A DNA stretch of 64,000 nucleotides from Laetmonice hystrix (taxonomy: Eukaryota): positions 25,236,001 to 25,300,000 of the forward strand of contig OZ249436.1 of the NCBI GenBank assembly GCA_965235115.1. The letters run 5' to 3'. The notes under the pieces were generated by a model, which saw nothing but the letters and a program-made list of their open reading frames with translations, was not told the origin of the DNA and ran no database searches. Positions 26,068 through 41,000 of this stretch are shown here, in pieces. The position numbers were made by a program, and so were the translations under genes. The first letter of the stretch is position 1. Each line of letters begins with the position of its first letter.

Positions 26068-29000
26068 CGCAGCACCAACCCACTGCATTAACATTTGTTT
26101 AACAGCTTAACGCACCTTGTAAAAAATTTTCAAGTGCGTAAAAATGCGTGTCCACCTCCACATACTTTAAAAATCACTATACCCACCCAGCGACATTCAC
26201 TCTAATACACGCCTAAGAGGAACTTCACTGTCCCATTTGATCCTCCAGCACGTATAGGATGTTTCAAGTAACATTTATCCACGGTCTGGCCCAATAACGT
26301 GCAACAAGGCATAGTAAGTCAATGCGACCTCGCATGTCAAACCTAACCCGCCCCCCAGCACATGAGGTGGAGATATTCAAATAGCTTGAAAACTAGAATA
26401 TAGCTTTGCTTAATACCATTATACCATCAACTCGCATTACAGGCCTAATGCGAAGCTCCCAGCCTAAAACGAGTTTCCAATTAATTTAAAGTTAACAAGA
26501 TGCACTAATAATCGATTCCAAGCCTAATTAGGCCATTGCTAGTTGGATAACCAAATCTCATACAAAATACACCCTCCCGGCAGATGACCTGAGAATATTC
26601 AACTCTTATGTCCGATATATCCCTGTCCGCTTAGTAGCACCCAGCCGGGCCCCCATTTTGACATTGCAACACCAATACAGCAAGTGCCCAGCTAACAGCA
26701 CAAATAACAGGATTCAGGGCTTCCTACCACGTTACAAGTCACAATAGATTGCTGCCTGTCGTAAAAATATACCAGACCATTTTAAAAAGTCACAGAACCC
26801 CAATCCGGCCCTAATATGTCACTCCCAGTACCAATACACTCTGGAAGCACCATCAACTGAAATTCAGGCCTAGAACCCACCTCTCTCTACCAATATCATG
26901 CACCTAGTCCGTATACGAGGTTGTAATTTCCTTTAATCAACGGGCTGCGCCGCAGCAACCCACTCTGGTCTTTGCAATCTTTTTCAATATGCGTTAACAT
27001 TTGTGACCAGCTCAACGCGCCTTGTAAAATTTTTCAAAGTGCGTAAAAGTGTGTGTCCACCCCGTCACGCTTTCCAAACCACTATACCCACCGAGCGACA
27101 TCCACTCAAATACAGGCTTCGACCGATCCTCACTGTGCCAATAATCCGCCACAAGGCAAATTCAGTCAATGCAAGCTGGAAAATCGAATGTCAAACCTAA
27201 TGCTCCCCCCCCAGCACGTTAACTGAAAATAATCAACTAGCTTGAAAACTAGAATATAGCTTTGTTTAGCTAACAATCTACTCTCCCAGCGCCATCAACT
27301 CGCATACAGGCGTAAAAGCAAACGCACTGCCCATATAATGCTCCCAGCCTAAAACGATGTTGCAATTAATTTAAAATTAACAAGATGCACTAGTAATCCG
27401 ATCCAAGCCTAATTACGTCATTGCTAGTTTCATAACCAAATCTCACAGAAAATACCCCACCCGCGCACATAACCTGAAAATATTCAACTTTTATCTCCAA
27501 TGTATCCCTGTGCACCTAGTAGCACCCAAGCGGGCCCAATTTTGACATTCCAACACAAATACCGCAAATACCCGCCTAATGGCACAAAAAACTTTCTACC
27601 CCGTTGCAAGTCACATTAGCTTGCTGCTTGTCGTAAAAAATGGTGCAGACCATTTCTAAAGTCACAGTACCCCACTCCCGGCCTAATATTACGTTTCAGT
27701 ATCCATATACGCTGCAAGCGGCAGGAACTCGAATACAGGCCTAAAAGTAACCCCAGTCTAGCAATATCATACTCTCATGCCATATACGAGCTTGTAATTA
27801 TCTTTAATTAATGGGCTCCGCAGCACCAACCCACTGCATTAACATTTGTTTAACAGCTTAACGCACCTTGTAAAAAATTTTCAAGTGCGTAAAAATGCGT
27901 GTCCACCTCCACATACTTTAAAAATCACTATACCCACCCAGCGACATTCACTCTAATACACGCCTAAGAGGAACTTCACTGTCCCATTTGATCCTCCAGC
28001 ACGTATAGGATGTTTCAAGTAACATTTATCCACGGTCTGGCCCAATAACGTGCAACAAGGCATAGTAAGTCAATGCGACCTCGCATGTCAAACCTAACCC
28101 GCCCCCCAGCACATGAGGTGGAGATATTCAAATAGCTTGAAAACTAGAATATAGCTTTGCTTAATACCATTATACCATCAACTCGCATTACAGGCCTAAT
28201 GCGAAGCTCCCAGCCTAAAACGAGTTTCCAATTAATTTAAAGTTAACAAGATGCACTAATAATCGATTCCAAGCCTAATTAGGCCATTGCTAGTTGGATA
28301 ACCAAATCTCATACAAAATACACCCTCCCGGCAGATGACCTGAGAATATTCAACTCTTATGTCCGATATATCCCTGTCCGCTTAGTAGCACCCAGCCGGG
28401 CCCCCATTTTGACATTGCAACACCAATACAGCAAGTGCCCAGCTAACAGCACAAATAACAGGATTCAGGGCTTCCTACCACGTTACAAGTCACAATAGAT
28501 TGCTGCCTGTCGTAAAAATATACCAGACCATTTTAAAAAGTCACAGGACCCCAATCCGGCCCTAATATGTCACTCCCAGTACCAATACACGCTGGAAGCA
28601 CCATCAACTGAAATTCAGGCCTAGAACCCACCTCTCTCTACCAATATCATGCACCTAGTCCGTATACGAGGTTGTAATTTACTTTAATCAACGGGCTGCG
28701 CCGCAGCAACCCACTCTGGTCTTTGCAATCTTTTTCAATATGCGTTAACATTTGTAACCAGCTCAACGCGCCTTGTAAAATTTTTCAAAGTGCGTAAAAG
28801 TGTGTGTCCACCCCGACACGCTTTCCAAACCACTATACCCACCGAGCGACATCCACTCAAATACAGGCTTCGACCGATCCTCACTGTGCCAATAATCCGC
28901 CACAAGGCAAATTCAGTCAATGCAAGCTGGAAAATCGAATGTCAAACCTAATGCTCCCCCCCCAGCACGTTAACTGAAAATAATCAACTAGCTTGAAAAC

Positions 29001-32000
29001 TAGAATATAGCTTTGTTAAGCTAACAATCTACTCTCCCAGCGCCATCAACTCGCCTACAGGCGTAAAAGCAAACGCACTGCCCCATATAATGCTCCCAGC
29101 CTAAAACGATGTTGCAATTAATTTAAAATTAACAAGATGCACTAGTAATCCGATCCAAGCCTAATTACGTCATTGCTAGTTTCATAACCAAATCTTACAG
29201 AAAATACCCCACCCGCGCACATAACCTGAAAATATTCAACTTTTATCTCCAATGTATCCCTGTGCACCTAGTAGCACCCAAGCGGGCCCAATTTTGACAT
29301 TCCAACACAAATACCGCAAATACCCGCCTAATGGCACAAAAAACTTTCTACCCCGTTGCAAGTCACATTAGCTTGCTGCTTGTCGTAAAAAATGGTGCAG
29401 ACCATTTCTAAAGTCACAGTACCCCACTCCCGGCCTAATATTACGTTTCAGTATCCATATACGCTGCAAGCGGCAGGAACTCGAATACAGGCCTAAAAGT
29501 AACCCCAGTCTAGCAATATCATACTCTCATGCCATATACGAGCTTGTAATTATCTTTAATTAATGGGCTCCGCAGCACCAACCCACTGCATTAACATTTG
29601 TTTAACAGCTTAACGCACCTTGTAAAAAATTTTATAGTGCGTAAAAATGCGTGTCCACCTCCACATACTTTAAAAATCACTATACCCACCCAGCGACATT
29701 CACTCTAATACACGCCTAAGAGGAACTTCACTGTCCCATTTGATTCTCCAGCACGTATAGGATGTTTCAAGTAACATTCATCCACGGTCTGGCCCAATAA
29801 CGTGCAACAAGGCATAGTAAGTCAATGCGAGCTCGCATGTCAAACCTAACCCGCCCCCCAGCACATGAGCTGAAAATATTCAAATAGCTTGAAAACTAGA
29901 ATATAGCTTTGCTTAATACCATTATACCATCAACTCGCATTACAGGCCTAATGCGAAGCTCCCAGCCTAAAACGAGTTTCCAATTAATTTAAAGTTAACA
30001 AGATGCACTAATAATCGATTCCAAGCCTAATTAGGCCATTGCTAGTTGGATAACCAAATCTCATACAAAATACACCCTCCCGGCAGATGACCTGAGAATA
30101 TTCAACTCTTATGTCCGATATATCCCTGTCCGCTTAGTAGCACCCAGCCGGGCCCCCATTTTGACATTGCAACACCAATACAGCAAGTGCCCAGCTAACA
30201 GCACAAATAACAGGATTCAGGGCTTCCTACCACGTTACAAGTCACAATAGATTGCTGCCTGTCGTAAAAATATACCAGACCATTTTAAAAAGTCACAGGA
30301 CCCCAATCCGGCCCTAATATGTCACTCCCAGTACCAATACACGCTGGAAGCACCATCAACTGAAATTCAGGCCTAGAACCCACCTCTCTCTACCAATATC
30401 ATGCACCTAGTCCGTATACGAGGTTGTAATTTACTTTAATCAACGGGCTGCGCCGCAGCAACCCACTCTGGTCTTTGCAATCTTTTTCAATATGCGTTAA
30501 CATTTGTAACCAGCTCAACGCGCCTTGTAAAATTTTTCAAAGTGCGTAAAAGTGTGTGTCCACCCCGACACGCTTTCCAAACCACTATACCCACCGAGCG
30601 ACATCCACTCAAATACAGGCTTCGACCGATCCTCACTGTGCCAATAATCCGCCACAAGGCAAATTCAGTCAATGCAAGCTGGAAAATCGAATGTCAAACC
30701 TAATGCTCCCCCCCCCCAGCACGTTAACTGAAAATAATCAACTAGCTTGAAAACTAGAATATAGCTTTGTTAAGCTAACAATCTACTCTCCCAGCGCCAT
30801 CAACTCGCCTACAGGCGTAAAAGCAAACGCACTGCCCCATATAATGCTCCCAGCCTAAAACGATGTTGCAATTAATTTAAAATTAACAAGATGCACTAGT
30901 AATCCGATCCAAGCCTAATTACGTCATTGCTAGTTTCATAACCAAATCTTACAGAAAATACCCCACCCGCGCACATAACCTGAAAATATTCAACTTTTAT
31001 CTCCAATGTATCCCTGTGCACCTAGTAGCACCCAAGCGGGCCCAATTTTGACATTCCAACACAAATACCGCAAATACCCGCCTAATGGCACAAAAAACTT
31101 TCTACCCCGTTGCAAGTCACATTAGCTTGCTGCTTGTCGTAAAAAATGGTGCAGACCATTTCTAAAGTCACAGTACCCCACTCCCGGCCTAATATTACGT
31201 TTCAGTATCCATATACGCTGCAAGCGGCAGGAACTCGAATACAGGCCTAAAAGTAACCCCAGTCTAGCAATATCATACTCTCATGCCATATACGAGCTTG
31301 TAATTATCTTTAATTAATGGGCTCCGCAGCACCAACCCACTGCATTAACATTTGTTTAACAGCTTAACGCACCTTGTAAAAAATTTTATAGTGCGTAAAA
31401 ATGCGTGTCCACCTCCACATACTTTAAAAATCACTATACCCACCCAGCGACATTCACTCTAATACACGCCTAAGAGGAACTTCACTGTCCCATTTGATTC
31501 TCCAGCACGTATAGGATGTTTCAAGTAACATTCATCCACGGTCTGGCCCAATAACGTGCAACAAGGCATAGTAAGTCAATGCGAGCTCGCATGTCAAACC
31601 TAACCCGCCCCCCAGCACATGAGCTGAAAATATTCAAATAGCTTGAAAACTAGAATATAGCTTTGCTTAATACCATTATACCATCAACTCGCATTACAGG
31701 CCTAATGCGAAGCTCCCAGCCTAAAACGAGTTTCCAATTAATTTAAAGTTAACAAGATGCACTAATAATCGATTCCAAGCCTAATTAGGCCATTGCTAGT
31801 TGGATAACCAAATCTCATACAAAATACACCCTCCCGGCAGATGACCTGAGAATATTCAACTCTTATGTCCGATATATCCCTGTCCGCTTAGTAGCACCCA
31901 GCCGGGCCCCCATTTTGACATTGCAACACCAATACAGCAAGTGCCCAGCTAACAGCACAAATAACAGGATTCAGGGCTTCCTACCACGTTACAAGTCACA

Positions 32001-35000
32001 ATAGATTGCTGCCTGTCGTAAAAATATACCAGACCATTTTAAAAAGTCACAGGACCCCAATCCGGCCCTAATATGTCACTCCCAGTACCAATACACGGTG
32101 GAAGCACCATCAACTGAAATTCAGGCCTAGAACCCACCTCTCTCTACCAATATCATGCACCTAGTCCGTATACGAGGTTGTAATTTACTTTAATCAACGG
32201 GCTGCGCAGCAGCAACCCACTCTGGTCTTTGCAATCTTTTTCAATATGCGTTAACATTTGTAACCAGCTCAACGCGCCTTGTAAAATTTTTCAAAGTGCG
32301 TAAAAGTGTGTGTCCACCCCGACACGCTTTCCAAACCACTATACCCACCGAGCGACATCCACTCAAATACAGGCTTCGACCGATCCTCACTGTGCCAATA
32401 ATCCGCCACAAGGCAAATTCAGTCAATGCAAGCTGGAAAATCGAATGTCAAACCTAATGCTCCCCCCCAGCACGTTAACTGAAAATAATCAACTAGCTTG
32501 AAAACTAGAATATAGCTTTGTTAAGCTAACAATCTACTCTCCCAGCGCCATCAACTCGCCTACAGGCGTAAAAGCAAACGCACTGCCCCATATAATGCTC
32601 CCAGCCTAAAACGATGTTGCAATTAATTTAAAATTAACAAGATGCACTAGTAATCCGATCCAAGCCTAATTACGTCATTGCTAGTTTCATAACCAAATCT
32701 TACAGAAAATACCCCACCCGCGCACATAACCTGAAAATATTCAACTTTTATCTCCAATGTATCCCTGTGCACCTAGTAGCACCCAAGCGGGCCCAATTTT
32801 GACATTCCAACACAAATACCGCAAATACCCGCCTAATGGCACAAAAAACTTTCTACCCCGTTGCAAGTCACATTAGCTTGCTGCTTGTCGTAAAAAATGG
32901 TGCAGACCATTTCTAAAGTCACAGTACCCCACTCCCGGCCTAATATTACGTTTCAGTATCCATATACGCTGCAAGCGGCAGGAACTCGAATACAGGCCTA
33001 AAAGTAACCCCAGTCTAGCAATATCATACTCTCATGCCATATACGAGCTTGTAATTATCTTTAATTAATGGGCTCCGCAGCACCAACCCACTGCATTAAC
33101 ATTTGTTTAACAGCTTAACGCACCTTGTAAAAAATTTTCAAGTGCGTAAAAATGCGTGTCCACCTCCACATACTTTAAAAATCACTATACCCACCCAGCG
33201 ACATTCACTCTAATACACGCCTAAGAGGAACTTCACTGTCCCATTTGATTCTCCAGCACGTATAGGATGTTTCAAGTAACATTCATCCACGGTCTGGCCC
33301 AATAACGTGCAACAAGGCATAGTAAGTCAATGCGAGCTCGCATGTCAAACCTAACCCGCCCCCCAGCACATGAGCTGAAAATATTCAAATAGCTTGAAAA
33401 CTAGAATATAGCTTTGCTTAATACCATTATACCATCAACTCGCATTACAGGCCTAATGCGAAGCTCCCAGCCTAAAACGAGTTTCCAATTAATTTAAAGT
33501 TAACAAGATGCACTAATAATCGATTCCAAGCCTAATTAGGCCATTGCTAGTTGGATAACCAAATCTCATACAAAATACACCCTCCCGGCAGATGACCTGA
33601 GAATATTCAACTCTTATGTCCGATATATCCCTGTCCGCTTTGTAGCACCCAGCCGGGCCCCCATTTTGACATTGCAACACCAATACAGCAAGTGCCCAGC
33701 TAACAGCACAAATAACAGGATTCAGGGCTTCCTACCACGTTACAAGTCAAATAGATTGCTGCCTGTCGTAAAAATATACCAGACCATTTTAAAAAGTCAC
33801 AGAACCCCAATCCGGCCCTAATATGTCACTCCCAGTACCAATACACTCTGGAAGCACCATCAACTGAAATTCAGGCCTAGAACCCACCTCTCTCTACCAA
33901 TATCATGCACCTAGTCCGTATACGAGGTTGTAATTTACTTTAATCAACGGGCTGCGCCGCAGCAACCCACTTTGGTCTTTGCAATCTTTTTCAATATGCG
34001 TTAACATTTGTAACCAGCTCAACGCGCCTTGTAAAATTTTTCAAAGTGCGTAAAAGTGTGTGTCCACCCCGACACGCTTTCCAAACCACTATACCCACCG
34101 AGCGACATCCACTCAAATACAGGCTTCGACCGATCCTCACTGTGCCAATAATCCGCCACAAGGCAAATTCAGTCAATGCAAGCTGGAAAATCGAATGTCA
34201 AACCTAATACTCCCCCCCCCCAGCACGTTAACTGAAAATAATCAACTAGCTTGAAAACTAGAATATAGCTTTGTTAAGCTAACAATCTACTCTCCCAGCG
34301 CCATCAACTCGCATACAGGCGTAAAAGCAAACGCACTGCCCCATATAATGCTGCCAGCCTAAAACGATGTTGCAATTAATTTAAAATTAACAAGATGCAC
34401 TAGTAATCCGATCCAAGCTTAATTACGTCATTGCTAGTTTCATAACCAAATCTCACAGAAAATACCCCACCCGGGCACATAACCTGAAAATATTCAACTT
34501 TTATCTCCAATGTATCCCTGTGCACCTAGTAGCACCCAAGCGGGCCCAATTTTGACATCCCAACACAAATACCGCAAATACCCGCCTAATGGCACAAAAA
34601 ACTTTCTACCCCGTTGCAAGTCACATTAGCGTGCTGCTTGTCGTAAAAAATGGTGCAGACCATTTCTAAAGTCACAGTACCCCACTCCCGGCCTAATATT
34701 ACGTTTCAGTATCCATATACGCTGCAAGCGGCAGGAACTCGAATACAGGCCTAAAAGTAACCCCAGTCTAGCAATATCATACTCTCATGCCATATACGAG
34801 CTTGTAATTATCTTTAATTAATGGGCTCCGCAGCACCAACCCACTGCATTAACATTTGTTTAACAGCTTAACGCACCTTGTAAAAAATTTTCAAGTGCGT
34901 AAAAATGCGTGTCCACCTCCACATACTTTAAAAATCACTATACCCACCCAGCGACATTCACTCTAATACACGCCTAAGAGGAACTTCACTGTCCCATTTG

Positions 35001-38000
35001 ATCCTCCAGCACGTATAGGATGTTTCAAGTAACATTTATCCACGGTCTGGCCCAATAACGTGCAACAAGGCATAGTAAGTCAATGCGACCTCGCATGTCA
35101 AACCTAACCCGCCCCCCAGCACATGAGGTGGAGATATTCAAATAGCTTGAAAACTAGAATATAGCTTTGCTTAATACCATTATACCATCAACTCGCATTA
35201 CAGGCCTAATGCGAAGCTCCCAGCCTAAAACGAGTTTCCAATTAATTTAAAGTTAACAAGATGCACTAATAATCGATTCCAAGCCTAATTAGGCCATTGC
35301 TAGTTGGATAACCAAATCTCATACAAAATACACCCTCCCGGCAGATGACCTGAGAATATTCAACTCTTATGTCCGATATATCCCTGTCCGCTTAGTAGCA
35401 CCCAGCCGGGCCCCCATTTTGACATTGCAACACCAATACAGCAAGTGCCCAGCTAACAGCACAAATAACAGGATTCAGGGCTTCCTACCACGTTACAAGT
35501 CACAATAGATTGCTGCCTGTCGTAAAAATATACCAGACCATTTTAAAAAGTCACAGAACCCCAATCCGGCCCTAATATGTCACTCCCAGTACCAATACAC
35601 TCTGGAAGCACCATCAACTGAAATTCAGGCCTAGAACCCACCTCTCTCTACCAATATCATGCACCTAGTCCGTATACGAGGTTGTAATTTCCTTTAATCA
35701 ACGGGCTGCGCCGCAGCAACCCACTCTGGTCTTTGCAATCTTTTTCAATATGCGTTAACATTTGTGACCAGCTCAACGCGCCTTGTAAAATTTTTCAAAG
35801 TGCGTAAAAGTGTGTGTCCACCCCGTCACGCTTTCCAAACCACTATACCCACCGAGCGACATCCACTCAAATACAGGCTTCGACCGATCCTCACTGTGCC
35901 AATAATCCGCCACAAGGCAAATTCAGTCAATGCAAGCTGGAAAATCGAATGTCAAACCTAATGCTCCCCCCCCAGCACGTTAACTGAAAATAATCAACTA
36001 GCTTGAAAACTAGAATATAGCTTTGTTTAGCTAACAATCTACTCTCCCAGCGCCATCAACTCGCATACAGGCGTAAAAGCAAACGCACTGCCCCATATAA
36101 TGCTCCCAGCCTAAAACGATGTTGCAATTAATTTAAAATTAACAAGATGCACTAGTAATCCGATCCAAGCCTAATTACGTCATTGCTAGTTTCATAACCA
36201 AATCTCACAGAAAATACCCCACCCGCGCACATAACCTGAAAATATTCAACTTTTATCTCCAATGTATCCCTGTGCACCTAGTAGCACCCAAGCGGGCCCA
36301 ATTTTGACATTCCAACACAAATACCGCAAATACCCGCCTAATGGCACAAAAAACTTTCTACCCCGTTGCAAGTCACATTAGCTTGCTGCTTGTCGTAAAA
36401 AATGGTGCAGACCATTTCTAAAGTCACAGTACCCCACTCCCGGCCTAATATTACGTTTCAGTATCCATATACGCTGCAAGCGGCAGGAACTCGAATACAG
36501 GCCTAAAAGTAACCCCAGTCTAGCAATATCATACTCTCATGCCATATACGAGCTTGTAATTATCTTTAATTAATGGGCTCCGCAGCACCAACCCACTGCA
36601 TTAACATTTGTTTAACAGCTTAACGCACCTTGTAAAAAATTTTCAAGTGCGTAAAAATGCGTGTCCACCTCCACATACTTTAAAAATCACTATACCCACC
36701 CAGCGACATTCACTCTAATACACGCCTAAGAGGAACTTCACTGTCCCATTTGATCCTCCAGCACGTATAGGATGTTTCAAGTAACATTTATCCACGGTCT
36801 GGCCCAATAACGTGCAACAAGGCATAGTAAGTCAATGCGACCTCGCATGTCAAACCTAACCCGCCCCCCAGCACATGAGGTGGAGATATTCAAATAGCTT
36901 GAAAACTAGAATATAGCTTTGCTTAATACCATTATACCATCAACTCGCATTACAGGCCTAATGCGAAGCTCCCAGCCTAAAACGAGTTTCCAATTAATTT
37001 AAAGTTAACAAGATGCACTAATAATCGATTCCAAGCCTAATTAGGCCATTGCTAGTTGGATAACCAAATCTCATACAAAATACACCCTCCCGGCAGATGA
37101 CCTGAGAATATTCAACTCTTATGTCCGATATATCCCTGTCCGCTTAGTAGCACCCAGCCGGGCCCCCATTTTGACATTGCAACACCAATACAGCAAGTGC
37201 CCAGCTAACAGCACAAATAACAGGATTCAGGGCTTCCTACCACGTTACAAGTCACAATAGATTGCTGCCTGTCGTAAAAATATACCAGACCATTTTAAAA
37301 AGTCACAGGACCCCAATCCGGCCCTAATATGTCACTCCCAGTACCAATACACGCTGGAAGCACCATCAACTGAAATTCAGGCCTAGAACCCACCTCTCTC
37401 TACCAATATCATGCACCTAGTCCGTATACGAGGTTGTAATTTACTTTAATCAACGGGCTGCGCCGCAGCAACCCACTCTGGTCTTTGCAATCTTTTTCAA
37501 TATGCGTTAACATTTGTAACCAGCTCAACGCGCCTTGTAAAATTTTTCAAAGTGCGTAAAAGTGTGTGTCCACCCCGACACGCTTTCCAAACCACTATAC
37601 CCACCGAGCGACATCCACTCAAATACAGGCTTCGACCGATCCTCACTGTGCCAATAATCCGCCACAAGGCAAATTCAGTCAATGCAAGCTGGAAAATCGA
37701 ATGTCAAACCTAATGCTCCCCCCCCAGCACGTTAACTGAAAATAATCAACTAGCTTGAAAACTAGAATATAGCTTTGTTAAGCTAACAATCTACTCTCCC
37801 AGCGCCATCAACTCGCCTACAGGCGTAAAAGCAAACGCACTGCCCCATATAATGCTCCCAGCCTAAAACGATGTTGCAATTAATTTAAAATTAACAAGAT
37901 GCACTAGTAATCCGATCCAAGCCTAATTACGTCATTGCTAGTTTCATAACCAAATCTTACAGAAAATACCCCACCCGCGCACATAACCTGAAAATATTCA

Positions 38001-41000
38001 ACTTTTATCTCCAATGTATCCCTGTGCACCTAGTAGCACCCAAGCGGGCCCAATTTTGACATTCCAACACAAATACCGCAAATACCCGCCTAATGGCACA
38101 AAAAACTTTCTACCCCGTTGCAAGTCACATTAGCTTGCTGCTTGTCGTAAAAAATGGTGCAGACCATTTCTAAAGTCACAGTACCCCACTCCCGGCCTAA
38201 TATTACGTTTCAGTATCCATATACGCTGCAAGCGGCAGGAACTCGAATACAGGCCTAAAAGTAACCCCAGTCTAGCAATATCATACTCTCATGCCATATA
38301 CGAGCTTGTAATTATCTTTAATTAATGGGCTCCGCAGCACCAACCCACTGCATTAACATTTGTTTAACAGCTTAACGCACCTTGTAAAAAATTTTATAGT
38401 GCGTAAAAATGCGTGTCCACCTCCACATACTTTAAAAATCACTATACCCACCCAGCGACATTCACTCTAATACACGCCTAAGAGGAACTTCACTGTCCCA
38501 TTTGATTCTCCAGCACGTATAGGATGTTTCAAGTAACATTCATCCACGGTCTGGCCCAATAACGTGCAACAAGGCATAGTAAGTCAATGCGAGCTCGCAT
38601 GTCAAACCTAACCCGCCCCCCAGCACATGAGCTGAAAATATTCAAATAGCTTGAAAACTAGAATATAGCTTTGCTTAATACCATTATACCATCAACTCGC
38701 ATTACAGGCCTAATGCGAAGCTCCCAGCCTAAAACGAGTTTCCAATTAATTTAAAGTTAACAAGATGCACTAATAATCGATTCCAAGCCTAATTAGGCCA
38801 TTGCTAGTTGGATAACCAAATCTCATACAAAATACACCCTCCCGGCAGATGACCTGAGAATATTCAACTCTTATGTCCGATATATCCCTGTCCGCTTAGT
38901 AGCACCCAGCCGGGCCCCCATTTTGACATTGCAACACCAATACAGCAAGTGCCCAGCTAACAGCACAAATAACAGGATTCAGGGCTTCCTACCACGTTAC
39001 AAGTCACAATAGATTGCTGCCTGTCGTAAAAATATACCAGACCATTTTAAAAAGTCACAGGACCCCAATCCGGCCCTAATATGTCACTCCCAGTACCAAT
39101 ACACGCTGGAAGCACCATCAACTGAAATTCAGGCCTAGAACCCACCTCTCTCTACCAATATCATGCACCTAGTCCGTATACGAGGTTGTAATTTACTTTA
39201 ATCAACGGGCTGCGCCGCAGCAACCCACTCTGGTCTTTGCAATCTTTTTCAATATGCGTTAACATTTGTAACCAGCTCAACGCGCCTTGTAAAATTTTTC
39301 AAAGTGCGTAAAAGTGTGTGTCCACCCCGACACGCTTTCCAAACCACTATACCCACCGAGCGACATCCACTCAAATACAGGCTTCGACCGATCCTCACTG
39401 TGCCAATAATCCGCCACAAGGCAAATTCAGTCAATGCAAGCTGGAAAATCGAATGTCAAACCTAATGCTCCCCCCCCCCAGCACGTTAACTGAAAATAAT
39501 CAACTAGCTTGAAAACTAGAATATAGCTTTGTTAAGCTAACAATCTACTCTCCCAGCGCCATCAACTCGCCTACAGGCGTAAAAGCAAACGCACTGCCCC
39601 ATATAATGCTCCCAGCCTAAAACGATGTTGCAATTAATTTAAAATTAACAAGATGCACTAGTAATCCGATCCAAGCCTAATTACGTCATTGCTAGTTTCA
39701 TAACCAAATCTTACAGAAAATACCCCACCCGCGCACATAACCTGAAAATATTCAACTTTTATCTCCAATGTATCCCTGTGCACCTAGTAGCACCCAAGCG
39801 GGCCCAATTTTGACATTCCAACACAAATACCGCAAATACCCGCCTAATGGCACAAAAAACTTTCTACCCCGTTGCAAGTCACATTAGCTTGCTGCTTGTC
39901 GTAAAAAATGGTGCAGACCATTTCTAAAGTCACAGTACCCCACTCCCGGCCTAATATTACGTTTCAGTATCCATATACGCTGCAAGCGGCAGGAACTCGA
40001 ATACAGGCCTAAAAGTAACCCCAGTCTAGCAATATCATACTCTCATGCCATATACGAGCTTGTAATTATCTTTAATTAATGGGCTCCGCAGCACCAACCC
40101 ACTGCATTAACATTTGTTTAACAGCTTAACGCACCTTGTAAAAAATTTTATAGTGCGTAAAAATGCGTGTCCACCTCCACATACTTTAAAAATCACTATA
40201 CCCACCCAGCGACATTCACTCTAATACACGCCTAAGAGGAACTTCACTGTCCCATTTGATTCTCCAGCACGTATAGGATGTTTCAAGTAACATTCATCCA
40301 CGGTCTGGCCCAATAACGTGCAACAAGGCATAGTAAGTCAATGCGAGCTCGCATGTCAAACCTAACCCGCCCCCCAGCACATGAGCTGAAAATATTCAAA
40401 TAGCTTGAAAACTAGAATATAGCTTTGCTTAATACCATTATACCATCAACTCGCATTACAGGCCTAATGCGAAGCTCCCAGCCTAAAACGAGTTTCCAAT
40501 TAATTTAAAGTTAACAAGATGCACTAATAATCGATTCCAAGCCTAATTAGGCCATTGCTAGTTGGATAACCAAATCTCATACAAAATACACCCTCCCGGC
40601 AGATGACCTGAGAATATTCAACTCTTATGTCCGATATATCCCTGTCCGCTTAGTAGCACCCAGCCGGGCCCCCATTTTGACATTGCAACACCAATACAGC
40701 AAGTGCCCAGCTAACAGCACAAATAACAGGATTCAGGGCTTCCTACCACGTTACAAGTCACAATAGATTGCTGCCTGTCGTAAAAATATACCAGACCATT
40801 TTAAAAAGTCACAGGACCCCAATCCGGCCCTAATATGTCACTCCCAGTACCAATACACGGTGGAAGCACCATCAACTGAAATTCAGGCCTAGAACCCACC
40901 TCTCTCTACCAATATCATGCACCTAGTCCGTATACGAGGTTGTAATTTCCTTTAATCAACGGGCTGCGCCGCAGCAACCCACTCTGGTCTTTGCAATCTT

